Assembly: GCF_000002075.1 (NCBI RefSeq)
Contig: NW_004797304.1
Coordinates: 913,328-977,327 of the forward strand
Direction: 5' to 3'
DNA length: 64,000 nt
Source of the DNA: Aplysia californica
Lineage: Eukaryota
A program made the position numbers and the translations under genes. Numbering within the stretch: position 1 is the stretch's first letter; every line of letters begins with the position of its first letter. This document shows, piece after piece, positions 22,454 to 36,300 of the stretch. The notes under the pieces are model-generated. The model did no database searches. It had not been told where the DNA came from and saw only the letters and a program-made list of their open reading frames with translations.

Positions 22454-23614
22454 CAGTATGATGTTTTACCGAAAACCCCCGAAATCCCCCAAAACCCATG
22501 AAATACCGAAATCCCCAAAGAATCTATCGGGCGTGGGACCTTGGTCACCTCATGTCACTGTATAAAAACAAATGTCAACAAAAGCTTTGTGTTGAAGAAC
22601 TCTGTGTTTATTCGTCACAACTACATGTGTTCATAGCTTCTGTTATTTTTTTTAAGTAGTTGTGATCTTGGGGTACATTTGCGCTTGACCAGGCCAGGTT
22701 TCTTGCTGGGTGTCTGCGACAGTTTCTGGCTACCCTGGGAGCATACCAGGCTAGCTCCTACCTTGGTGGTCGTCAGGAATGAAGAGAAGTGGCGTTCTTG
22801 TGTTTTTTTAGGCATCTTCAGCCATGTCTCACTGCCTACAACAAATTTACCAAACTCGTTGCACAGGATGTAATCCCCCGGGCCCAACAGGGTTCTCATG
22901 ACTTACTGGTATTGTCTGTTGTGCACACCAAGTCAAACAATTTCTGCCTCTTCCAGTTGAACGCCTGTTTGAATATGTGATTGATGCTTTCACAGTTAAT
23001 GTTCGTCCAGCGCATTGTAGCTTTGCTTTTTCTGGCATGTGAAGAAGTTTTTCTGCTGTATAGAGCCAAGGCGGGTTTTCAAGTAACTTGCAGACACTGG
23101 ATGGTCTTCTCTGCAATTCCTCAGAATCTCATCCCAAATGAGCTCACACGCTAACTGGTCAACAGCATCCAGCAGGCTCCCAGAGTCAAACAGCCTGTCG
23201 ATAATGGTTGATCTGCTCCTACTGTCGACTCCTACCTTGTCCTGTAGAAACCTGTCCACATTGTTCTTTAGATGTCGAACACAGCTTAACCGCATAGCAG
23301 ATGGCATGGCCTAAGCCACGGCAGCTCACAAGGCCTTCTCCTCATTGCTGCCAACTACCACGTGAGAAGTTTTTGCTACAAATTGCTCAGAGACCAGAGA
23401 TATGACATTGCTACAACGAGAAATGATTATGAAATGCAGCTAGCCCAACAGGGGTCTCTTGACTTCTAGCCAGTTATACAATCGCCTCGCTACTGAACTG
23501 TGAACCTGAATTCAAGTCAGTAGGCTATGCATGCACCAGTGATGTTGTTGTTATTGTTGTTATCGATCCAGACACAGGTGATTAGTTTATTTTCTGTTTT
23601 TTCGGGGGTTTTCC
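22454..23614 (-). mobile_element. Mutator (MULE)-like transposon relic with frameshifted transposase fragment
   Basis: Minus-strand fragments GSNEEKAL, RLSCVRHLKNN (CxxH), WTNINCESINHIFK, KKPGLVKRK; inverted GAAAACCCCCGAAA near both ends; 9-bp direct repeat TCGATATGG. Confidence 0.75.
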
Positions 23615-24255
23615 TCGATATGGTGGCTTTTCCCTTTTGATGAAGGAAAATTTGGCTTCTGAACACTCAAGTGAGACAAATGTCATATTGGGATTTGATA
23701 TTTTCTGCTATGGATCGTGGTTCTTGACTCATTCAGTGCTGAGTGCTAAGGATGAGAATTTTCGCAGAAGTTGGCCCCGCCCCCATTTTCCTGACAAGTT
23801 TTCTTGAATTTTTCCCTGATTGTTTTAAAAGAAAAATAGCCTTTTCTACTCTAAGCATCATGCGATGTATTCAATATTGCAGAGAGTGACTGTAAAAAAG
23901 GATATTGAGACAACTAGATCTAGCTCTTCCACTCATTCGTTGCTGTTGGTGACAAGGGAGGTTAAATTGTCTCTGGCTGTGCACCTTTTGATCTCCCTTT
24001 CCCAAGTGTTTGTAACATAGCATTCAGTTCATCTCACAGTGTTTCCTGCTTTGATTTTGCACATACTGGTGTTCTGGTTTATTAATTATATGACTGATGC
24101 TAAGTTTTAGATATTGTCTGTTTGCCTTTTTCACTATTCAGTCTGATTTGTATTTTTCTGAAAATTTATTTCCAGACTCAAAGTATACTTTAAAAAATTT
24201 TCAGGTTCTGTTTGTGAAGTGGTGGTGTTGACAGCAGCATTCACATTGCCTCGCC

Positions 24256-24365
24256 ATGGCTCCCCAGGGAGATGACAGCCTAGCTACATTTCAGGCTACT
24301 TTGGAAGACTGGAATGCCAAATTTTCCAGTGAGGCAAATTTCGATCCTATTCCAATTTTGAACAA
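24256..24365 (+). CDS. DCAF1: DCAF1 coding exon 1 (exon starts at 24205 with 5' UTR)
   Basis: gccATGg Kozak context; [36 protein letters not shown]; donor gtaagt. Confidence 0.9.
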
Positions 24366-27300
24366 GTAAGTAGAATAGTCCTAGTCTACAGTATGGGAAC
24401 AGATTCATTTGTTGATTATTGAGGAAACGTTTTCCTCAATTCCACTGATTTGACTGTGGTCTGAAGTTGATAATAAAGCTTTGAAATAAGATAATTTATG
24501 GATGATAGGCTGACGGCTGTGATTTTTTGCATATAGGCTTGCAAGACTTGCAGTTTGTAGGATTGTAGAGAAGGAACAAGATTATAAGGTTGTTTGGGGG
24601 GGGGGGGGGTGTTGTTGAAAGGGAGATGTGTGCATTGAATTTTGTTTGTTTTAATTTCTGTTTCTTGGGGGGTGGGGGGGGGGGGGGTTCTTTCTTTAGA
24701 TGAAAAATTAAAATACTATATTTTACATGTCTTGAATAAAATGCTTTTAAGCTTTAAAGGTAGTAGTGCACTTGGCTCTGATCACATAATCAGGTTGGTG
24801 TAACTTTGAGAAGCAGTGTAATAACATTTGGGCATTCCCATGTTTTAACTGAAACCTTCACCAGTGTTTACCCCTGAGCTATCACTAACAAAAGATCATT
24901 CTTTAAAAAAAATTAGATTGCAAATAGCATTGAAGAAAAAATAACCTGAAATGGATATTGTGAGGGATGAGATGTAATTTACACTGCTGTATCTGGCTGC
25001 TTGCCAACTTCTTTTGTATGTTTTGTTTTCCATTCTACCCCAGGCTTGCGCAGTTGCTGGAACATGCTACTGAGGATTTTTATAAAATGGACCCTGACCC
25101 CCTGGATGATAGGCCTCCCGGTAAGTCAACTTTCTTTTTGTCCTTTACACTATTTCTCTTACTGTCTGCCATCTGGGAAAAGGTTGAAAATCTGTAAATG
25201 CCAATGGTATACACTGTATTTAAGACTGGAAATTTAAAACTGCAGCCTTTTAAAAAATTCTTTCATAATAGTAATTACACTGTTTCCCTCTCTCCTCGCA
25301 GTTAATGAGAAGTTCAATTATTCATAGTCGCTGGTGTGTCACTTAAATGCGTATACCGCAGTAAATACTGATATACAGGAATTAAGAAAAGTAAATGCAT
25401 TGAATGTATGTTGATACATGCTCCCATTCATCAATAAAGTTATAAGCTACAGAGAAAGTATTTAATACAGCGGCAGATATTGCTGTTTTCATGACAAGAC
25501 TGTTTTGATTTTTGTTTTGTCCAGGGCGTCAAATCCCCACCTGTGGCCTTGGTCAGATGATGAAAGTGATTTTCAAAAATGAGGACTTTATGAATACTGT
25601 AAGTTGCTGGTAGAAGTGTTCTTCTGACCCATTTGTCTGTACTCATTGTCATTTTTTTTGCCCATTGTTCTCCACATTTGTTTTACGCCCAGCTGTTGTA
25701 AATACAAATCAGTTTAAAAGCTGTATGAAACATGCATTTTGGTATATATCTGTTTACTAAAAGCTCTTTCTCAAGAAAAATAATTGCAGACTGGAACATT
25801 TATTCATGGGAAGCTCCTCTATGCAAAACAACTGTGGTCTTCTGTATTTATATTGTTGGGAAATGCCTTGTAAATAAAAATAATGCAGGACTGGTGTATT
25901 TGTATAGTTTATGGAAAGTCTTTGTAACTGAAAATAATTTTGTAGTGGTTTGCTTGTTCATGAAAAGCCTTTCTAAATAATTCTTGTCCATCAAGTTCTG
26001 ATACCTCAACTATTGAGTTGAGTCACAATTTATGTATATATATTACTTTTACTGTACTGGTACCATGAATAGCTCACTGAAATTTCATGGCCCAATTTTT
26101 CTTTTTCATAGATTGTTGGTTCATACTTGTTGAAAGGCTCTTATCGTGATGGAGGTCCAATATTCACCGCGGCCTGCAGAGTGTTGCTTGTGCTGCTACC
26201 TGGGTTAGAGACAAGTGTTCCTTTTAGAGAAACGGTAAGATTTCACACTGAGCCAGGAGTGCATGCCTGTGTTAATTTCATGAGTTTGTTTTTGTGCTAG
26301 CATCTCAGAGGGAGTAGAGTAATTCAAAACTGCGCCATTGTTAAGTATAAGTTAAATAATGCCTCTCTAAATTTAGTGATTTCGAAGGCACAGTGTTTGA
26401 CTGAAGATCAGGAATCGAAAAGGGAGAGGAGGAAGGCATCATAGTTGTGCTTCAGGTTCTGTTGAAAGTTTTTGTTTTACATATCTAGGAACAGATAAGA
26501 TTGCTTTAGGACTCCTTGGAGATATAGACAGAATATTATTGTTTTTAAAAAGAAAATATTTATTCAATCATATCAAAGATCTACATTTGCTTACTTGTTT
26601 TGTTTATTTGAGTGAAATACAAATGCATTACAATGAAGAAAAAGTGTGCACAATTGTGCTGAGTGCAATGTTTAGTAAGAAAATTTTGTTGTGTTTGTCT
26701 TGGGGGCTTGGCAAAGAAAATGTAGCACCAGTTCTTGTGGCTGCCTAAGGCATTAACTATCACTTATAATTTGACTTTTTCGGTCATTATTACTACCAGT
26801 TGTCTGCTGTTTTTTTTGGTGCAAACATGAACTTGTTACAGAAGCGCCACTCGTTCTCCGAGTGGTGGCGACCCATGTGTTTGTTTTAACATGGCACTCA
26901 GTCTTCCTTGTCTGATACATTTAGTTTTATTGTCACCCTTGTGCAAAATCAGCGACAAAAGAAAAATTACAAACGAAATACAAACCAACAACAACAACAT
27001 CAACAAAGACAACATAATGGGGCTACTTTCGATTGGGGCCTCAGATGGGATTGGTTTGTTTTCTTTATCTTGATCAGTCCTGCCTAAGACGGCCACCTGT
27101 CTTATACGGGCACTTTTCTCCTTGACAATTGGTGGCCGTCTTACACAGGTTTGACTGTATATGCCAGCTAACACAAGAGAATAAATGCTGGATGTTAAAA
27201 GATATATATGTCCTTTTCACAACATCCACTGGAAAAAAATATATATCATTCGAGTATCGGTACTTTTGTGGCCAGTTTAGTAGTTTAGTTTCATTGGAAT

Positions 27301-30300
27301 ATACCTCTAACATTTTTGTAATTTTGTATATCTCCATACAGGAAGGTGTAGTTGAAAGGCTGTGCCATTGGACTGAGTTTGCAGATGAGCCCCTGAAGTC
27401 GTATGCCACAGGGTTGTTGGGAGGGGCCATGGAACTCAATGACATTGCTGTGCGCTTCAGGGACGAAAGCCTGCACCTGGTAAGTGATGTGAACTTTAAT
27501 ACGCGTTTTCTTAAATTTCTCATGTGGGTAATAGTTTTTTATTTTGTATGGAATGACAAAACGGTTTTTTAGTGGAATACCTGGTGAGAAGGAGAATAAA
27601 TCGGGAGGATAAAAGAGAAGGAACGGAGAACTGAGGAAGAATATTCTCAGCCACAGATCTCTGCTATCCTTTGCAGTTGTCAGAAATGCAATTGAAGTTG
27701 AGGTAGTCCAATACTGTTTGGCTCAGTTGTGCGTTAATTTACTTCCTCAGGTCCCGATCATGCTGAATCGACTGCATGAGCTTATGGCAGAAGCAAAAAA
27801 AGAGGTGGAGACACAGAAAGAGCAGGAGGGTCTCAGTAGCATTGAGGAAACGGGCAGGTCGAGCAAGGAGGAGGTTGGAAAGTCGCCCAGACACTTTGCC
27901 AGTCTGGCTACAGGGGAGACACCTGCTTCTGTTCCTCGTAGGAAAGGTGGGCTCATTTCTCTCTCAAAGAGTTTTCTCTGTTTACTTTTTCAATGGCTGA
28001 CCTGTTCTCTCCCATTAATGGAAATAATATTATTAGAGATTGCATTTATATGGCACATATCTCTTTACTAGAAAGTGGACTCAGGGCACTGAAAAATGTA
28101 TGTACAGATCCCTAGGCATTCCAGACTAATCTCAGCTGCTACTTCGTTTCCAGTGCTAGCAGATCACTTCTTACAGTTTAGTAAGCCATTCATGATCTCA
28201 GAGCTACAGGGTTCTGTCTCATGTATATTCGAGAAAGAGAAAAAAAATCCCCCCAAGACCCCAAAGATCTTGATTTCTTTCCGAGTCTGAAAAACTTGGT
28301 ACTGAAATGAAAGTTTTTCTTACTAGTGTATTTCTCAGACAATGTGTTAATTACCGTGACCTCCCCAAGAAGATGTGACCCTCGCTCTAAATTTTCTGTT
28401 GAGTTTTTTCCAATAATGATGAATTGAGACTTTTCTTTGAAGAATATTTCTCTTTTGGTCTTATTGCTTTTTTGCCTTGAGCACAAAGGTGGTCAGTGAA
28501 TTATATTTTTGTAGATCGATTGTTAGAGGAGTGCCCCTCAGTATGTCATTCTTCATGTCTCAATTTTACAGAATATGACAATTTCAATCTCTGCAACAAA
28601 GTTTGAATGTAGAAAATGAAACCTTGTAACCTCAGTAAGTGTTAGTTTTGATGAAAAGTAGGGTAAGTTTTGAATTCAGAGAGCAAATGTTTGGAAACCA
28701 TAACTATTGATTCCCTGCTTATAAAAGATACACAGTGAAATAAAAAGGTGTTCTTTTGTCTGTTCCATTTTGTGACTACTCTTCCTTCGTTAATTCTGTC
28801 TTATCATTGTTACACTCTTTGCCATGTTTGATGTGGAGATGTTATTTTACTGAACTGCTCCCATCTGCCCCTAGTGCCCCTGACACACAGGCTGGAAGCA
28901 ATAACTTAAATTATATTGATTTGGCTGTGGTGTATTCACATACTTTTCAATTTTGTGGATACTTCACCTTTTGGCTCTACAAATGGCTTGCTTAAAGGGT
29001 GGTTCGAGGGCACACTTTCTTTTTTTCCCCTCATTGTTTCTGTCGGTCTTTCTTTTTTTTTTCTCTGCACGAAATGACTGTGATGGTGTTAATGTGCTTT
29101 TTCTGTGATCAAATTAACTTGGGTTTGGTCCACCAACAGATATGAGCCCGGCGAGTGCCTCTGAGAAAGGAGACTACCGAGGCTCTCTGAAGAGGTCGTT
29201 GTCCCCCAGCCACAGTTTCAGTGTGCCCAAACGGAGCAGGACCTCGAGCGAAAATCTCAGCTGTGAGTTGTTTAAGAACTTTGCTTGGTTGTCACCAGCA
29301 ATTTGGATCAGGATTTTTTGTTTTGGTTAAAATAGAGTACATCAAATGTTTGTCTTCTCTTTGGGTCACAAGGAGCAGTTTTATTTGTTTGAGTAAAAGA
29401 GTACATGAGCATGATAATTTTGTTTAGCTTAGAAGGAAAAAGTGTATGGAATATATTATGATGTTTTGTTCTAGAACTCGACATTTTTTTTTAGGTAGTT
29501 GTTTCATTTCAACTGGCAAGATGTTATAGTGTCATTGTTTGGACTATAGCTTTTAAAATTTGCTTTTGGTGTTGACAAAGCAATGAAAATAGACAGTTAC
29601 CTTCGATATGAATTATTTTACCATTTCATCCTGTGCATGTCAAATTTAGACTCGTGTCTTATAAACCTGTTTAAATGAAAGTAGATTTATGCTGTGAAGC
29701 ATCATGTTCTAAGTAACTCTTTGTAAAGTGAGGAAAACAGCGCCTGTCGTGAAATAACTTTCTTTACGCGTAAAATGAAATTCAACATGAAAATTACTAT
29801 GTGTCTCTTTCAGTCTTTGACCCGGAGCACAGCAACAGCAGCTGGGCAGAAATCCGTCCGTATGTGATCGGTACATATTGCTTGGAGCCGTTGAGTGTGT
29901 CCATGAAGCAGCGTCTGATACTTCAGTACCTGACGCCTCTTGGAGATTACCACGAGGTAAAAATCTCTTCTAGTGAGAAGTGTGACCCAATTTGGATGTT
30001 ATGGATTCTGATCTGCTCTTTCTTTCTCTTAGTAAAAGTAGAGTTTAACACCCCCCCCCCCCCCCCCCCCCCCCTTCCATTTTGAACTTCTTGACCGAGT
30101 ACACAACATCCAGGGTCATCTTGGGATCATTTTTGTGTTACAGCTATTTTCTTACTGGTAACTGGTGGGGTGTTGTGTTATGGTGCTTTTCTTTTGCTTC
30201 TTTTATTGCTATTTTTGGTGTTAGTTGTGTATGTATTCTTGCTCTTCTTCCCTGTCTTTATAATGTTAATTGTGCTGCAATGTTCATTGCTCATTTGATC

Positions 30301-33300
30301 ACGAAATTAGTTTGGTCTGAGTAACAGCATTACACTCCTTGTTTTAAAAGTGTTGTATTTTTCACAGCTGTTGAGTCCTATCCTGGCCCACAATGCCTTG
30401 GACTTGATCTTCTTCTACATCAATCTGAATGAGAACAGAGATGTCAGACTGGCGTTTGAGGCTCTTAGGGTAAGAGTATTTTGTTTTTGTTTGTTCTTAA
30501 AATTTGAAAGTTTTCTTGTCTGTTGGGTTAAATGTAATGTCTTGTTTTCAGGAGCTCAGCTTTGTTTCTTTTACACAATAAAAGTTTGTTGAAGAGCGTG
30601 GGTTGACACATACTCAGTAGTAATACTGGTAAAGATACAGAGAAAATGCTTCATCATCATTTCTTAAGAGTTCAAAACGGGCAACGAGACAATCTTTACT
30701 TTTGCTGTTCTCAAAGCACATCTTTGCATAAATGGTGTGTTCTATCTATTTAGTACAGACCAGCATCTGTGGTGTAGTGATTAAGTCATTGTATAGTGAT
30801 ACTGTATCTCTCTCAGCCAAAGTTGGCCCTGTTAGGCAGGGTCAAAACAACCTGCCTTCTCTTAATACATTGCACCCTAACTTGCCCTGGATCGCCCGAG
30901 ATTTCCTTACGCGCTCCACCCTAACTCGTCGGAATCGCCCGCTCCGACCAAGCGTCTTTAGAAACGAAGTCTCGCCTTAACAAGACTTTGGGGCAGAGAT
31001 TTTGGTTTACATAGTTATTGAAAAATGTTTCTTCTTCCATTTGATATCGAAACGCAATTTTTCGGATTAGTAGTTTTAGTATTAGAGCCAATCGAAATGC
31101 GATCACGTTTCCGACACTTCAAAGGTGTCTCGATTTGATGAAAAGCGGCACAATTGAGTTTGAAAAAGGAAATAACGGTGGATTTGAGCAAGTACAAGCA
31201 AATGACTAATGAGATGAATCAGATATTGATGAAAATGTTGTCGCTAGAGTTTTCAGCGGTTTAGAATTTAGATCTAGGGCCTGATCGCGAGGCTGAGAGT
31301 GAGAGTGACGGGTCAGAGACATCGACTGAATAAAGTTGGAACCTTTCCAACAGCTTGTGCGTACATAAACTTATATTTTATGTGAAACTACATTAATTTC
31401 TCTTTCTAATTTGTATTTTTTCAGGATTTTGGGAATTTGTTTAGTATTTTTGAAATGCGTTTTTTTTAATGCGTATATTCACGAGAGGTAGGTACCTTCC
31501 CCTTGCTTAGGATCAAGGGGTAGACTTCCCGTCCAGACCCTAAGGGTGTAATGTGTTAATATCTAAATTGTGTAGATAGGAGCTTACTGCATTAACAAGC
31601 TCTCAATCTAATTATTGCAGTTCCTGTCTGTGATTTTGTGTCACAAGAAGTTTGCGGCTGAATTCATCAGCAAAGGTGGCATTCAGAAGTTGCTGGAGAT
31701 CCACAGGCCGTCCATTGCAGCCACAGGCGTTTCTTTGTGTTTCTACTACATCACTTACTTTGAAGATGCAACAGAGAGGGTGAGTGAGTCTTTCCTCCCT
31801 GTGTTACTCCATATCTAATTATCTAGGTCACAACACAGCTGTCTAAGTCATTTTTGTTGTTGTTTGTTTTGAGCATACTTTAATATAGATTGTTAAGTGC
31901 ATAGAGCTGGTTGTTGAGCGCCAATTAGTGCAATATAAATGTAATCTTTTATTATTGTTTAAAAAATGAAAAACTGAGCTCATGTATATCAACCCTATAA
32001 TTTGAGCAAAAATGGAAATGTCTCCAAATGTATTTAAAGTGCATGAAACAGCGGCCTGCTGTATTTATGCAAAGAAACAAGTAACCAGCATTTTTGTTTT
32101 ACCAGTAACTAGAAACCAGATAATCACGATTGAGGCAAATGTGTTATGACCATGACATAGTGTTGCTGTTGGCGTCGGTGGCTTAGTGGTTAAGCTCTCG
32201 GACTCGCAACCGTAAGGTCGTGGGTTCGAATCCTGTCAGGGGCCTGACGTTGTGTCCTTGGGAAAGGCACTTTGCACAAATTTTCCTCACTTCACCCAGG
32301 TGGAAATGGGTACTCGGCTATAGACAGTAAAGATCTTGTCGGTTTGATAGTGTTTGAGTGCGTGAAATCCGCAGCTTGCACTGTATGCTTCTTCCGAAGC
32401 TGAGAATGTTTCTGAGTGTTCTCAGAGGGTCTGCTGGGGTAATAATAGTTGTAAAGCGCATAAAGCATGCTCTTGAGCATGGATATGCGCTATATAAATG
32501 CAATTATTATTATTACTAGGCATAATTGAGTGGGTAAGTTAATCTTTGCTCTAAGTATATATTTAAGTCTAATGCGGCCTCATTACTAAAAATTTCATGT
32601 GAATCTGAAATCCATTTTGTGGTCGTGTCTGTTTCTTCCTTTTTTTGGGGGGGGGGGGGGTATTTTATTCTCATATAATTCTTACATTATGATTTTAATT
32701 GTTTCTATTTTACAGCTGAGCATGCTCCCAGAAAGTGTCTTGTCTGATGTGGTCTCGTAAGTACTTTCAAGTTTTTATTTCATAGAGTTGTTGACTTGGC
32801 TAACTTAATGAAAGAATAAGCTAAGTTCTAAGACTGGTTCTTGCATAGTTTGTTACTACATGTTTCCTTTTAATTGTTATTATGTACTGTTTGCAAAAGG
32901 AAAAGGATACCAGACTTTAATGATTGTTAATGTTAGAACTCTGACTAAAGGGTCTTGTGTTCAATTCTGCAATTGAAAATGAAAAATATATATATATTAC
33001 TGAAATCCTGCACTTCAGAGGATATGTGTTAAATCCTTCACCTTATAATAAACAACATGTGTTAAATCGTATGTTTGCTAATCCTTAACTCTTTATTTAC
33101 GGCAAGCTGCTCCCAGCGGCTCGCGGTCGGAACCACTGTGCCGCTGGGTCATTGACAGCGGCTCGGGCACATTCCTTTATGACGACTTCGACATCTTATA
33201 TCCGCAGTTCATTCATTAGATGAAGAACTATCAAAATAGGTTTGCTAGTTTCGATTTAATGACGTTTTTGTCCTTTTTAGATTTAGCACAAAAAAGGGCC

Positions 33301-36300
33301 CCAGTGTAGTGGGTGTACTCCCCTCGGAGATAAATAGTTAAACAATGTGTATGAGGTCCTGAACTCAATTTATCTGGAATCCTAAACTTTGCTATACATT
33401 TGTACGTGCAGCTACAACCTGTGGCTGATGGAATGTTCCCACGACTCCAGCACCTGCCACGCCTGCCTGTTCTTCTCTCAGTCCTTCACATACAAAGTCA
33501 TCCTGCGGCTGTTTGACCAGAAGGACGGCATGCGCAAGCTCATCAATGTGGTAAGTGCCTATGTATAGTCATAACTTATGGCCTGCATTTCTGGAATGGA
33601 TGGGGAAGAATTATTGTCTTGTTGTGTGATTAGATGGCGTCTATGGTAGGTCTTATTTCTTTATTTTCCTTCTGCTTCTTCTCTCTGTGCTACTTTTCTT
33701 GATCTCAGTAGTGTCTGATGTAATAGTAAGACTTTTCACCATTGGTAAAAGAAGACTTGAAGTTCTATTCTTGTATTAGGGAGTTACCTGATCATATAAC
33801 TTCGTTTGTTTACTGAGATGCTGTGTCCCATGCAGCTTTTGTTTTCCTTGACAGAGTCAAAAACAACCAGCTTCTGAAGTAATCAAAGATTTTTTCGCTG
33901 ACGTAAAACATTTACAATTTATTGTTCATGTAGCCTGTCAAGTACAAAAGATTCTTAGTCCTTGTAAAAGTATTTAAAATCATCTTGAGAAACTGGAGGA
34001 TTGGGGACCTGTTTCAGTGTGAACCTCTGACCAGTGTCCCTTCAAACTATGACCCCCTGTGCCAATTGCACAAGATCCAGGGCCGTCAGCGATAGCCAGA
34101 AAGCTCTGACCAATGTCAATTGTCTTTGTTTCCAGATCTCCACCCTGAGCATCCACAGCCTGGAAGGGGCTAACGATGAATCTGAGGACGCTCTTCACCA
34201 GATGCGACAGAGAGCACGCCTGGTGTGTGGCACACTGCGCATGTACTTCAAGACACACAACATTCTCAAGGCAGATGAACTGAGGAGGGTTCACCACCAT
34301 GAGGGAGGCAGCTCTTCTGTGAGAGAGGGAAAGGTGAGGGGATTGCTGTGCTAGCACTCATGCAGACACTTTATCGACAGCAACTTTTAACTGTTCTAAG
34401 CCCAGAAAGCAAAATTTTTTAGTAGAGATAACAACTTTTTGAATTTTTTAAAAGTTGTACCCATTTTCTGTATCTCTTCTTTCTTGTTCTTTTTCAAAAT
34501 TTAGAATCTGATATTCAACAAAATGTTTGTGGAGCACATGAAATGAAATAAGAAATTAAAAAAATTGGGATGTTGTACATTTGAACAACAGGCCAATGAT
34601 ATTTAATTTACTGAACTGACACATTCCTTTTTGAAGGGGTTTTTTTTTTGTCATGGAGAATAGTTTCTTTACTTTCATAAAACATTCATAGTTTTGTTCC
34701 AGCTATTTTCTCACAGCTGTCAGTGGTGGACATGTTTTGGGTATCATACGTTAATACTGAATATTATCACCTGTAAAAATCCGTTGTACTGCAGGTTGAA
34801 GAACTGGCAGTCGACTACTCCTGAAATATAGTAGGGGAACGCAAAGAAGAAGAAGATACTGAATATATGAGAAGGTCTCTGTTTATTACTGATCACTTCA
34901 CACTGTTCTGTACGACTTGTTCTCCAGTGTGTGAAGGACACGAAGCATTCGATGGAAGAAGAAGTGGATGTATTGCTGAACTACCTGCCGCCCAGGTCTG
35001 ACTGGCTGCCGGAGATTCTGATCAACAAGTTGGGAGGGCTGTCCATCTTGTGCCAGCACATTGCCCTCTCCCCGACCTGGGAGAATTATCAGGGAAAGTA
35101 GGTCACCAGATGCTGTATGGTTGTAGGTTATCTTGAGTCAGGGAAAATAGGTGGCCAGATGTTTTAAGGTTGTAGTTAACCATGAATATAATATTTCACC
35201 GGGAATGGATTAGGTTGAAAATTGTTGAGAGATGAATGAACAATTTTGGGGTCTTTTTGATTAGAGGGAGTGTGAGTTTGTTTAGGTGGATATTTCTCTG
35301 TACCATTTTAATTTCATATGTTCATGTGTAGTTTGTATGAAATGTAGTTCAGTTTGTGACCTAAAGAAATGTCAGTATTCTTTTGGGGTTTCGTTTTTGG
35401 CTGCCGTTGCCAATTAACTTAAGCCTGAGGAGTTATTATGAAGTCTTGTAATATAAGCATTTTGTCTGAAGGGCTACACATTGGCGAGAATCCACCTTTG
35501 CTTTGGCCGTTGAAAAATCTTGTCAGTATGTTACTGTTTTCGCACCCATAAAAATGACAGCTTTTTTTGTATGCTTCCCAGGAAGTTGGGATTGTTTCAG
35601 AATGCTATCATGTCTGCTAAGGTAATAATATAGATAGTAAAGCACTTAAAGCGTGCTGTTGAGCAGGAATTTGGGCTATACAAATGCAATCTATTATTAT
35701 TGTGCAGGACGGACACGATTGTGGCGGCCTTGGACGTGCTCAGCATGTGCAGCGTGTCCCACAGGACCCAGCTATTGCTCAACGGCAACGTCAGCCTCAG
35801 GAACAATGTCGTCACGCCGATCATGTGGTCAGTCCTAGAGAATTGATGATGATAATGATAAATTAGAATTGTATTTATAAAGTGCACGTCCGTAATAGAA
35901 AGTAGGCCCTATGCAGTGTACAATTTATTATGATGATTAAAAAGAGATGTACTCAACGCTAATTCAAGTATTATACTGTAATATGCCATTGATTAATTAT
36001 TTCGTGACTGGTCCAGAAAGTTTAGATATCTTGATTGCTTATGTAAAATAGTAAATACAGTTGAATCTGATTTAACAGCCAATTGTCCAAGATAATCACT
36101 TGTATGAATGGTCACTTCCCAGACCCCCCCACCCGCGTAAAAAATATATTATAATGACACTGTTCGAGACGTCCACTGTCTAAGACAATCACTGTTCTCC
36201 TTGACAGTGGGTGGCCATCTTGGACAATCTCAACTGTAATTGTCTCTTTGAATTCTTATGACTGATGGCTGTCTTAAGACATGATAATGCTTTATGTACA

